Of a stretch of 64,000 nucleotides of DNA, positions 28,696 through 37,419 are shown piece after piece. The notes beneath the pieces are model-generated. The model had not been told where the DNA came from, made no database searches, and worked only from the letters and a program-made list of their open reading frames with translations. Positions within the stretch are counted from its first letter, which is position 1; each line of letters opens with the position of its first letter. Where the stretch lies: positions 3,202 through 67,201 of the forward strand of contig JBJKPQ010000188.1 of NCBI GenBank assembly GCA_046706305.1. Reading direction: 5' to 3'. Source of the DNA: Bacteroidales bacterium. GTDB lineage: Bacteria > Bacteroidota > Bacteroidia > Bacteroidales > VadinHA17. Position numbers and translations under genes: made by a program.

Positions 28696-29952
28696 TTATT
28701 CGTATCTTAAAGCTTCAATAGGATCGATCCTTGCTGCTTTTACTGCAGGAGCATAACCGGAAACAACCCCGACAATAAAACATACTATAATTCCTGTCAG
28801 CACCCATACCCATGGTATAACAAAGCTGGATCCAAGCGCCGAAGATACACCGTTACCTATCAGGATACCCAGCACTATACCAAATATTCCACCCATCTGA
28901 CCAATAATTATGGATTCAAACAGGAACTGGTTTTTTATTGTAGCTGTCTTGGCACCGATGGCTTTACGCACACCAATCTCCCTCGTTCGTTCTGTTACAG
29001 AGACAAGCATAATATTCATAAGCCCCACAGCAGCCCCGAAAAGAGTCACTATACCTATTATTGTAGCCGCCAGTGTTACATACCTCAGGTTCTTCAAAAG
29101 CATATTTACAATATTGTCGCTTTTTGAAATATTAAAATCCGATTCATCGCGCGGATTAAGATTGCGGACAATCCTGAAAACAGCTTCTGCCTCTCCCGCC
29201 AGCATATCAAGATTAACAGATTTCATCGGCATCACAGTTATGCTGTAGGTCATGTTCGGACGCGAAAAATACTGCCTTGCCGTAGTAATTGGCATAAAAC
29301 AAACACGGTCGCTGTTAAGAGCGCTTGCCCCCTTGCTTTTTAAGACTCCGATCACCTGCATCTTCAGACCTGCCACAGAGATATACTGCCCAAGCGGATC
29401 AACACCGCCACTGAAAAGATCCCTTGCTATATCCGATCCGATTATAACAAACCGCCTGTTAAGTCTGATATCATCAGGACTGAAATCCCTGCCTGAATTA
29501 ATCTCGTACCCCGACACATTAAGATTATTCTCATCCACCCCCATCAGACTTACATTGGGATTGGTTTCCTCGGAACCGTATTTTACAGTAGAGAGGCCGG
29601 AGGCGTTAAAAGATACCGAGACCCAAGCGGCCTGGCTGAACCTCGTCTTGAATTCCTCTGCCTGCCTGAATGTAATCCTCGCATGATTCTTGGTTCTCGA
29701 ACGGCTGTTACCAATCTGTATGTTCATCCCCCTTGATGTAATTGTGAAGGAGTTTGCCCCCATCATTGTAAACTGGTTTGTAAGAGAGGACTTAATAGCA
29801 TCGATGGCGGTTAGGATACCAACCAGAGCCATTATACCAAAAGCAATAATACATATGGTAAGTATCGCTCTTACCCGGTTCGACTTTATTGCTTGAAATG
29901 AAATTCTCAGATTTTCCCTGAATATACCTATTCCCAAAATTTTGCTCTTCAT
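28696..29952 (-). CDS. MacB/FtsX-type ABC transporter permease (no ATPase gene adjacent)
   Basis: N-terminal TM, a large periplasmic domain, then a C-terminal FtsX 3-TM module with [11 protein letters not shown]. Confidence 0.85.
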   Translation of the reverse strand: MKSKILGIGIFRENLRISFQAIKSNRVRAILTICIIAFGIMALVGILTAIDAIKSSLTNQFTMMGANSFTITSRGMNIQIGNSRSRTKNHARITFRQAEEFKTRFSQAAWVSVSFNASGLSTVKYGSEETNPNVSLMGVDENNLNVSGYEINSGRDFSPDDIRLNRRFVIIGSDIARDLFSGGVDPLGQYISVAGLKMQVIGVLKSKGASALNSDRVCFMPITTARQYFSRPNMTYSITVMPMKSVNLDMLAGEAEAVFRIVRNLNPRDESDFNISKSDNIVNMLLKNLRYVTLAATIIGIVTLFGAAVGLMNIMLVSVTERTREIGVRKAIGAKTATIKNQFLFESIIIGQMGGIFGIVLGILIGNGVSSALGSSFVIPWVWVLTGIIVCFIVGVVSGYAPAVKAARIDPIEALRYE

Positions 29953-30073
29953 CTGACACGATCTGATGCAACTTATTTAAAAAAATAAAAGTACACTTTT
30001 TTTCCTTTTTAGCTAACAGAGACAGGTGAAATAACTTATTGAAGACACCAAAAACGGAATATGATAATTTTAT

Positions 30074-30089
30074 GCATTCAAATGAATGC
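30074..30089. promoter_or_regulatory. Perfect palindrome GCATTCA-aa-TGAATGC upstream of blaI (candidate operator)
   Basis: 7-bp inverted arms read directly from the sequence. It lies 111 nt upstream of the BlaI-family repressor start, in the divergent intergenic region. Confidence 0.3.
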
Positions 30090-30139
30090 TTTTGTCAAAA
30101 AAGATTATGTTTCCGGTTGCATAACTAAATTATTCGTTT

Positions 30140-30147
30140 TATATTTG
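30140..30147 (+). promoter_or_regulatory. Candidate -7 box TATATTTG for blaI-blaR1
   Basis: Matches TAnnTTTG. It lies 52 nt upstream of the ATG at 30200. Confidence 0.35.
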
Positions 30148-30199
30148 ATAAAACATTTAGTATTAATAATAAGTCATAAAATACACAAAATATCCGGTC

Positions 30200-30580
30200 A
30201 TGAGAGAACTAACAAGGGCTGAAGAGCAGGTTATGCAGGTTCTTTGGAAGATAAAGAAAGGATTTGTTAAAGATATTCTTGAACATTTTAACGAACCAAA
30301 GCCTGCGTATAATACAATAAGCACTATTGTAAGAATATTACAGGACAAGGGTTTTGTAAGCCATAAGGCATATGGCAGAACCCATGAATACTTCCCGGTG
30401 GTTTCCAAGAATGACTATTCAAAAAACCATCTGAATAATTTTGTAAACGATTACTTTTCCAATTCTTTTGAGAAAATGGTAAGCTTTTTTGCGAAGGAAA
30501 AAAGTATTTCGGTAAAAGAGATGGAAGAGATTATGAAGATAATGGAAGGAGAAGTAAAGAAGCAGCGGTCTGAAAAATGA
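30200..30580 (+). CDS. BlaI/MecI/CopY-family transcriptional repressor
   Basis: Penicillinase-repressor winged-helix pattern (LTRAEEQVMQVLW ... YNTISTIVRILQDKGFV). A 4-nt overlap joins it to the downstream M56 gene. Confidence 0.85.
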   Translation: MRELTRAEEQVMQVLWKIKKGFVKDILEHFNEPKPAYNTISTIVRILQDKGFVSHKAYGRTHEYFPVVSKNDYSKNHLNNFVNDYFSNSFEKMVSFFAKEKSISVKEMEEIMKIMEGEVKKQRSEK

Positions 30581-32037
30581 GCACACTACTGGTCTATACA
30601 TTAAAAGTCTCTTTATACCTTACGGCATTTTATACCGTATACTCCCTCTTATTAAGCAGAGACACTGCATATGACCGTAACAGGGCATTTATCCTTTTAT
30701 CCCTTCTTGCATCAGTTATCCTGCCCTTAATTTCATTTTATACTATCAGACCTCATAACATTCAGTTTTTCGGCAAGTTTCTTTCCGAAGTATTCATAGT
30801 AGCCGACTCACACCCGGCAGATTCACCGGTCTCTGTTTCTATCGCCGAGAAATCCCTTTATTTCACATTCGCAGCATATATTGCCGGCATTATTGTAGTG
30901 GTGCTGAAGATTATTGCTGACCTTACATACCTGGTGTTCATGATACTGAGGAAAAAGAACGAAGGGACAAACATAATAGTCTTTAAGGGCTTCAACACTT
31001 CCGGGTTCTCAGCCATGGGTCATATATTTATTAATGCAAGGCTCACACGGGAAGAATCACTGGAGATAATCAGACACGAACAGAATCATATAAACCAGAA
31101 GCATTTCGCTGATATAATTTTTATAGAACTTATTGTTGCCCTTCAATGGTTCAACCCTGTTATTTACCTGTTTAACAGGTCGCTCCGTGCGGTACATGAA
31201 TTTCAGGCCGACAGGGAATGCCTCAGCTCCGGGATTAATGTGGTTACATATCAGAATCTTCTCTTAAGACAGGTGTTCAGCTCAAAGATTTTTAATCTTT
31301 CAAACAGCTTTTCTAACCCTTCACTGATAAAAAAGAGAATGGTTATGATGACTAAAAAAAGAACTTCTTCCCTGGCTAACATAAAACTGGTTTCCGTTAT
31401 CCCGGTTACTCTTCTTGTTTCCATGGCTATTTCTGCATATAAAGAGATGCCGGTTAAAGAACAAAATTATGCAAAGCTGATTACACAACAGGATAACCTG
31501 CCCGAGCCTGAAGATTTGGGCGACAGGATTGTTAAAGCCGGGGAAAAAGTCATTGCACCTTCTTACAGTGTTATTAAAGACAGAACTGAGAGGAAAGAAA
31601 CAGAAACCTCCGGGATAACTCCTCCTCCACCGCCGCCACCACCACCGCCAAAAACAAAAAACGAAGTGGCAGATAACAGCTCAATTAAAACTCTTGCAGA
31701 AGACATTAAAGAACTTGATGAAACTCCTTTCGTAGCAGTTGAGGAAATGCCCGAATTCCCGGGAGGTGACGGTGCTCTCCTGAAATTTATCGGCAAAAAC
31801 ACTATTTACCCGGAAAACGCTAAAAATCATAATATCCAGGGAAGAGTCATCGTACGGTTCTGTGTCTCCGCCAGGGGCTCAGTAAGCCAGGTAAGCGTAC
31901 TGAAGGGAGTATCTCCCGAACTCGACCAGGAAGCTATGAGGGTTGTAAAAACATTACCTTCCTTCAAACCCGGCCGCCAGGGCGGGAAAGCTGTCCCGGT
32001 ATGGTACATGGTCCCTATTACCTTCGCACTTAATTAA
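30577..32037 (+). CDS. BlaR1-like M56 peptidase sensor fused to a C-terminal TonB domain
   Basis: N-terminal TMs and the HExxH motif (RHEQNHINQKH). A 10-Pro linker follows, then a TonB_C domain (MPEFPGGDGALLKFIGKNTIYPENAKNHNIQGRVIVRF ... VPITF). Confidence 0.8.
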   Translation: MSTLLVYTLKVSLYLTAFYTVYSLLLSRDTAYDRNRAFILLSLLASVILPLISFYTIRPHNIQFFGKFLSEVFIVADSHPADSPVSVSIAEKSLYFTFAAYIAGIIVVVLKIIADLTYLVFMILRKKNEGTNIIVFKGFNTSGFSAMGHIFINARLTREESLEIIRHEQNHINQKHFADIIFIELIVALQWFNPVIYLFNRSLRAVHEFQADRECLSSGINVVTYQNLLLRQVFSSKIFNLSNSFSNPSLIKKRMVMMTKKRTSSLANIKLVSVIPVTLLVSMAISAYKEMPVKEQNYAKLITQQDNLPEPEDLGDRIVKAGEKVIAPSYSVIKDRTERKETETSGITPPPPPPPPPPKTKNEVADNSSIKTLAEDIKELDETPFVAVEEMPEFPGGDGALLKFIGKNTIYPENAKNHNIQGRVIVRFCVSARGSVSQVSVLKGVSPELDQEAMRVVKTLPSFKPGRQGGKAVPVWYMVPITFALN

Positions 32038-32123
32038 ACACATAAATACTGCATTTCTTTAAAATTTCCCGTACTTTTTTTGATTTAATTAATATTTTAG
32101 TTGTATTACTAATTTTTTAGTTA

Positions 32124-32131
32124 TATATTTG
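32124..32131 (+). promoter_or_regulatory. Candidate -7 box TATATTTG upstream of the standalone TonB gene
   Basis: Matches TAnnTTTG. It lies 96 nt upstream of the ATG at 32228. Confidence 0.3.
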
Positions 32132-32227
32132 TATAAACAACAGCAGGGAACCTGTCAGACATTATTAATACCAAAGAGGTATGACATTAACCTGATGAAG
32201 ATTAATTAACAATTAAACTCAGAGCAT

Positions 32228-32725
32228 ATGAAAAAAAGCCATGAAAATCAAAATCAGACAGGACATAAGGCCTGGATTGGAGCCATAATGATCTATATGT
32301 TATCGGTGATGCTCCTCTCATGTTCGAACAAAAGCGACAATACTCCCGCCCCTCCACCACCGCCTCCGCCTCAGTCAACAGCTGCCCGGGTACATGACAC
32401 CGTATACCAGTCAGTTGATGTTATGCCTGAGTTTCCCGGAGGTAACCAGGCCATGATCACATATATAGCCAATAATATAAAATATCCTGAGGCAGCAAGA
32501 AATAACAAAACAGAAGGAAAAGTTTTGATAAGCTTTGTTGTGGGCACGGATGGATCGGTTGATGATGTTAAGGTCGTTCAGGGAGTTGACCCTGAAATAG
32601 ATTCAGAGGCATTGCGTGTAGTCAGATCGCTGCCTAAATTTGATAAACCCGCTATTAAGAATGGAAAAGAAGTTGCGGTAAGCTATATGGTTCCGATCAA
32701 CTTCAAACTGGACGGTAAAAAATAA
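32228..32725 (+). CDS. Energy transducer TonB-family protein (TM anchor, Pro-rich linker, TonB_C domain)
   Basis: TM helix, a PAPPPPPPP linker, and a TonB_C domain (MPEFPGGNQAMITYIANNIKYPEAARNNKTEGKVLISF ... VPINF). Confidence 0.8.
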   Translation: MKKSHENQNQTGHKAWIGAIMIYMLSVMLLSCSNKSDNTPAPPPPPPPQSTAARVHDTVYQSVDVMPEFPGGNQAMITYIANNIKYPEAARNNKTEGKVLISFVVGTDGSVDDVKVVQGVDPEIDSEALRVVRSLPKFDKPAIKNGKEVAVSYMVPINFKLDGKK

Positions 32726-32757
32726 GGGTTTTCATACAGGCAGGCAACACGCTTCAA

Positions 32758-32795
32758 GGGGCGGAAGAAAAAGACATTTTTCTCCGCCCTTTTTT
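32758..32795 (+). terminator. Rho-independent terminator after the TonB gene
   Basis: GGGCGGA / TCCGCCC core stem extended by A:T pairs, followed by TTTTTT (32790-32795). Confidence 0.65.
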
Positions 32796-32810
32796 ATCGG
32801 TTAAAATGAA

Positions 32811-32818
32811 TAAATTTG
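32811..32818 (+). promoter_or_regulatory. Candidate -7 box TAAATTTG for the acyl-CoA reductase-like gene
   Basis: Matches TAnnTTTG. It lies 27 nt upstream of the ATG at 32846. Confidence 0.4.
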
Positions 32819-32845
32819 CCCCTTTAAAATTTATACAGAACTTAA

Positions 32846-33889
32846 ATGGAACTGGAAGAAAGGATAAGGACATTTACACGGCTGGGAAATATACTGCGAT
32901 CGTCTCTGAGGGGAGAGGATCCGGTATACTCTTCGGCCGTCTCGGCTCTTATCAGTAATCAGCACTACAGCAACAAGTGGTTTACACCCGGCAATGTAAG
33001 GATGGCTCTTGAGGCAATTGCCAATCAGCTTACAGAGGAGAACCTGCTGAAATGGGTCAGTTCATACCCGGGGCTCAGGGAAAAACCTGCAGAGATAAGA
33101 ATCGGGATCATAATGGCAGGCAATATACCCCTTGTTGGTTTTCATGATTTCATTTCGGTACTTATGACCGGAAACAGTCTTGTTGCAAAAACAAGCTCAA
33201 AGGATGCCGGTCTTATCAAATTCATAAGCGATATAATATGCAGCACAGAACCTTCGTTCCGCAAGCTTATTTCCTTCACCGAAGGTACCCTTTCGGATTT
33301 TGACGCTGTGATAGCAACGGGAAGCAACAACAGTTCCCGTTATTTTGAATACTATTTCGGGAAATATCCCCACATAATAAGGAAGAACAGGAACAGCATA
33401 GCTATCCTCGAGGGAAATGAACCGGAAACAGACCTTGAGAAACTGGGAACCGATATTTTTTCCTATTTCGGACTGGGCTGCCGCAATGTGTCAAAAATAT
33501 ATGTCCCGTCGGGTTATAACATTAATTCCCTGTCCGTCCAATGGAAAAAATATTCGGATGTTATTAACCATTCCAAATACGCAAATAATTATGATTATTA
33601 TAAGGCAATATACCTTGTGAACCGCGATCCGTTCGAAGATTTCGGCTACCTGCTGCTAAAGGAAGACAAGCGGATAGCTTCACCTGTAGCTGTATTGTTT
33701 TACGAGTTTTATGAATCGTACGAGACACTGAAGCAACAGACTGGTTTACTAAAAGATAGCATCCAGTGCACGGTAAGTAAAAATGATGTTTCCTTTGGTA
33801 CTGCACAGATGCCGCAATTATGGGATTATGCAGACGGGATTGACACAATAGAATTTATTTTAAAAAAAAACATACCACGAATATTGTAA
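32846..33889 (+). CDS. LuxC-like acyl-CoA reductase family protein
   Basis: The N-terminal pattern ERIRTFTRLGNIL ... NKWFTPGNVRMALEAIANQLTEENLLKW matches my recollection of the Bacteroidota acyl-CoA reductase (LuxC) family. Not verified by search. Confidence 0.55.
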   Translation: MELEERIRTFTRLGNILRSSLRGEDPVYSSAVSALISNQHYSNKWFTPGNVRMALEAIANQLTEENLLKWVSSYPGLREKPAEIRIGIIMAGNIPLVGFHDFISVLMTGNSLVAKTSSKDAGLIKFISDIICSTEPSFRKLISFTEGTLSDFDAVIATGSNNSSRYFEYYFGKYPHIIRKNRNSIAILEGNEPETDLEKLGTDIFSYFGLGCRNVSKIYVPSGYNINSLSVQWKKYSDVINHSKYANNYDYYKAIYLVNRDPFEDFGYLLLKEDKRIASPVAVLFYEFYESYETLKQQTGLLKDSIQCTVSKNDVSFGTAQMPQLWDYADGIDTIEFILKKNIPRIL

Positions 33890-33931
33890 TCTAAAAAATA
33901 TTATATTGCACCCATTGAATTAATACACATT

Positions 33932-34483
33932 ATGGTTTACAAATTTGTAGTTTTATCAGATGAAGATGAGTCATTTGTCAGGGAGTTTGAATTCCTCGAT
34001 ACCCAGACATTACAAGATTTTCATAACCTGATTCAGGATGAGTTGGAGTTTGACAAATCGCAGATGGCTTCATTTTTTATGGCAACAGATAACTGGGAGA
34101 AAGAAGAAGAATTTACTCTCTTTGATATGGGAACGGGGTCTTCAACTATGGAAGTTGCTATACTGGACGATATTATTTTCCGTAAAAATCAGAAATTACT
34201 TTATGTTTTTGATTTTTTCAACGACCGGGCCCTTTTCATAGAATACACCGGTGAAGCCCAGGAGGTTGAAGGACGGGAATATCCTGTCTGTACCAATTCT
34301 AAGGGTATACCTCCCAAGCAGGTCATCTTCGGGGGAACAGGCCGCAAGATGTATAATACAATTGTGGTATCTGATGATGATGATGATGATCCTGAAGTTG
34401 ATGAGCTCTTCCTTGGAGCGGAAGATGACGAGAACCTTCCTGATTTCGATAATATAGACAGCCTGGGAGAGGACGAAGATTAG
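33932..34483 (+). CDS. Hypothetical cytoplasmic protein with strongly acidic C-terminal tail
   Basis: Good-length ORF in an operon-like position before miaA. The tail VVSDDDDDDPEVDELFLGAEDDENLPDFDNIDSLGEDED includes a (GAT)6 run. Family not confidently recognised. Confidence 0.5.
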   Translation: MVYKFVVLSDEDESFVREFEFLDTQTLQDFHNLIQDELEFDKSQMASFFMATDNWEKEEEFTLFDMGTGSSTMEVAILDDIIFRKNQKLLYVFDFFNDRALFIEYTGEAQEVEGREYPVCTNSKGIPPKQVIFGGTGRKMYNTIVVSDDDDDDPEVDELFLGAEDDENLPDFDNIDSLGEDED

Positions 34484-34505
34484 TCCTCTTCAGGACTTAT
34501 TTCTG

Positions 34506-35423
34506 ATGAATAATTTCCTCATAGTTCTCCTGGGGTCTACCGGAGCGGGCAAAACTGATTTAGCCATTGATTTAGCCGGAAAGCTGAACTGTGATATTAT
34601 TTCCGCTGATTCAAGACAGTTCTACAGGGAGATGTCGATCGGAACTGCAGTGCCTTCCGATGAACAGCTGGCCGGGATACCTCATCATTTCATACGCTTT
34701 CTTTCAGTACACGATTATTACAGTACAAGCCGTTATGAACGTGACGTACTTGAAATCCTTCCGGATTTATTCCGTAACAGCAGGTATGCTATCCTTACCG
34801 GTGGTTCAGCCTTATATATAGATGTAATTTGCAATGGCATGGACGATATCCCGGATGTTGACCCGGATATAAGGGAAAAATACATCGCCATGTACCGCGA
34901 AGAAGGTGTAGAAGGTCTGAGAGCAGCACTTAAACTCATTGACCCTGAACACTATTCAAAAGTCGACCTTAAAAATCACAAAAGAATTATACGGGCTCTC
35001 GAGATAAGTGAGACAACAGGGAAACCTTACTCATCCTTTTTAAAGAATAAAAAAGCTGAAAGAAATTTCGGTATCATAAAAACAGGGTTGCACAGGGAAC
35101 GGTCTGAACTATATAAAAGGATCAACGACAGGGTGGATACAATGATAAAAACGGGATTGGAAGAAGAAGCTTTTGCACTTTATAAATACCGTCATTTAAA
35201 TGCTCTTAACACAGTTGGTTACAAAGAACTTTTTGAATATTTTGATGGCTCTGTGAGTCGCGATAAGGCAATAGAGCTTATAAAAAGGAATACCCGGCGA
35301 TATGCAAAGAGGCAAATGACATGGTGGAACAGGGATAAGGAGATAAAATGGTTCGGTCCTGACCAGGCTGATGAAATACTCGCATACATAAATAAAAAAA
35401 GCTCAACCGGCGTCCCGGGATGA
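34506..35423 (+). CDS. miaA: tRNA dimethylallyltransferase
   Basis: P-loop GSTGAGKTDLAIDLA, SADSRQFYREMSIGTA, and RRYAKRQMTWW. Confidence 0.9.
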   Translation: MNNFLIVLLGSTGAGKTDLAIDLAGKLNCDIISADSRQFYREMSIGTAVPSDEQLAGIPHHFIRFLSVHDYYSTSRYERDVLEILPDLFRNSRYAILTGGSALYIDVICNGMDDIPDVDPDIREKYIAMYREEGVEGLRAALKLIDPEHYSKVDLKNHKRIIRALEISETTGKPYSSFLKNKKAERNFGIIKTGLHRERSELYKRINDRVDTMIKTGLEEEAFALYKYRHLNALNTVGYKELFEYFDGSVSRDKAIELIKRNTRRYAKRQMTWWNRDKEIKWFGPDQADEILAYINKKSSTGVPG

Positions 35424-35519
35424 GATAATCATGCAAGCGTTAAGAACACGCAGTCTTTAATAACATTACCCGTCATTTAATTCTCATAAAGAGTCTAGAG
35501 TACAGCTAAAAGATGACTA

Positions 35520-36173
35520 TTATTTCAGAGTTTTTAACTGCTCAATAGTCATCAATGGATCATCCGAGCTGAAAACTGAGCTGCCGGCAACAAGGACGTC
35601 CACACCCGATCTGACAAGGGCAGAAGCATTGGCAGGGCTGATACCTCCATCTGCTTCGATAAGTATATCGTAACCGCCTTCATCTATCATGTTCCTGAGT
35701 TCGGTTATCTTATTATAGCTGTCCATTATAAACGATTGTCCGCCGAACCCCGGGTTCACAGTCATAATCAGAACCATATCAATAAAAGGCAGTATATTTT
35801 TAAGGAGACTGACAGGTGTATGAGGATTCAAAGCCACCCCGGCTAAGAGTCCAAGATCACGAATTTCAGTAACTGTGCGGTTAAGATGTGTACATGCTTC
35901 AAACTGAACAGTAATGTTTGAGGCTCCAGCATCCCTGAAACGTTCCAGGTACCGATCGGGATCGACAATCATAAGGTGAACATCGAGAGGTTTCGCTGCA
36001 AGTTTTTTCACAGCTTTAACAACAGGGAATCCAAATGATATGTTCGGGACGAACACCCCGTCCATAATATCAAGGTGTATCCAGTCTGCCCTGCTTTCAT
36101 TAACCAGTGATACTGCCTGGCTGAGGTTACCGAAATCAGCAGCCAGCAGTGAAGGAGAAACAAGATGATTCAT
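35520..36173 (-). CDS. rpe: Ribulose-phosphate 3-epimerase
   Basis: SLLAADF, HLDIMDG, VMTVNPGFGGQ and DGGI motifs. The listed start at 36191 is TTG; the ATG at 36173 gives the canonical N-terminus. Confidence 0.9.
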   Translation of the reverse strand: MNHLVSPSLLAADFGNLSQAVSLVNESRADWIHLDIMDGVFVPNISFGFPVVKAVKKLAAKPLDVHLMIVDPDRYLERFRDAGASNITVQFEACTHLNRTVTEIRDLGLLAGVALNPHTPVSLLKNILPFIDMVLIMTVNPGFGGQSFIMDSYNKITELRNMIDEGGYDILIEADGGISPANASALVRSGVDVLVAGSSVFSSDDPLMTIEQLKTLK

Positions 36174-36203
36174 GAAATGTCGTTTTGGCAAAGATAGGAA
36201 CTT

Positions 36204-37067
36204 TTATCCAAGATAAGATTTTAAAATCCGGCAACGGGTGGTAAACTGTATCCGCTTTATAGCCTTTTCCTTAATCTGTCTTACCCTTTCGCGTGTCAGG
36301 CTCAGTTCCTCTCCTATCTCCTCCAGGGTATAGGGATGTTTCATCCCCAGTCCGAAGTACAGCTTCAGGACCTTTGATTCGCGAGGCGACAGCGTGCTAA
36401 GTGCCCTTTCTATCTCGTAAGCAAGTGATTCGTTTATAAGGTTTTTATCCGGACTGGGAGTATCGGGGCTCTGAAGAAGGTCATACATATTATTATCCTC
36501 TTCGGAACTTATAGGTGCATCCATGCTGACTGTCCGCCCATTGGTCTTAAGAGCTTCCTTAACATCTTCCGGCACCATTTCCAGCAGTTCTGCAATTTCC
36601 TGTGAAGTGGGTTCCCTTTCGAATTCCTGCTCGAGCCTGGCAAAAGCCCTGTTTATCCTGTTTATCGATCCAATCTTGTTTACGGGAAGTCTTACTATCC
36701 TGGCCTGTTCTGCCAGGGCCTGTAAAATGGCCTGGCGTATCCACCAGACTGCATAAGAGATAAATTTAAACCCACGGGTCTCATCAAACCGCTGGGCTGC
36801 TTTCATCAGACCCAGGTTACCTTCATTTATCAGGTCGGGCAGGCTCATCCCCTGATTCTGGTATTGCTTTGCAACTGACACAACAAACCTCAGGTTGGCT
36901 TTCACAAGTTTTTTCAAAGCTTCAGTTTCACCGGCCCTGATCCTCCTGGCCAGGATAACCTCTTCTTCAGGTGTAATAAGGTCAACCCTTCCTATCTCCT
37001 GAAGATATTTATCAAGTGATGGGGTATCCCGGTTAGTAACCTGTTTTGTTATCTTTAATTGGCGCAT
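36204..37067 (-). CDS. rpoD: Primary RNA polymerase sigma factor (sigma-70 family, Bacteroidota sigma-A type)
   Basis: Conserved regions 2-4 ([38 protein letters not shown]). The ~287-aa size is typical of Bacteroidota. Confidence 0.9.
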   Translation of the reverse strand: MRQLKITKQVTNRDTPSLDKYLQEIGRVDLITPEEEVILARRIRAGETEALKKLVKANLRFVVSVAKQYQNQGMSLPDLINEGNLGLMKAAQRFDETRGFKFISYAVWWIRQAILQALAEQARIVRLPVNKIGSINRINRAFARLEQEFEREPTSQEIAELLEMVPEDVKEALKTNGRTVSMDAPISSEEDNNMYDLLQSPDTPSPDKNLINESLAYEIERALSTLSPRESKVLKLYFGLGMKHPYTLEEIGEELSLTRERVRQIKEKAIKRIQFTTRCRILKSYLG

Positions 37068-37419
37068 TTACAGGTTGGTATTAGTTCATCAAGAGGACAT
37101 CGGCAATTGTTACAATTTTAGTAAAAAAAAGCTTTTATACAACACAATATTTAATTTTTTTTTGAATAATAAGAGTTTTTTAGTATCTTGCACATTGATT
37201 TTTCTAACTGAGAATCAGATTATTAATTAATTTGACTTAACCCCGTTGCATTTTTATAGATATTTTGCAGGAATTTTATAAGCAATTTTTCTTAATATTG
37301 CATCGTTTTTTCGGATATGTGAGATTTAATCACATATTCTTTCGGGTTAATCATCATATCTTGATCCGTGCTTCCATAATATCATAAAAGATATTTTATA
37401 TTCCATTTATCATTAAAAT

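Noticed and set aside
31621-31650. CCN-rich tract, with a similar one at 32345-32371, as a possible DNA repeat element
   Set aside because: Both are in-frame poly-proline linkers (P10 and PAPPPPPPP) of TonB-type proteins. This is an expected protein feature, not a mobile or regulatory repeat.
34373-34390. (GAT)6 trinucleotide repeat as a phase-variation switch
   Set aside because: The unit length is 3 nt, so slippage stays in frame and only changes the length of an acidic tail. There is no on/off potential.
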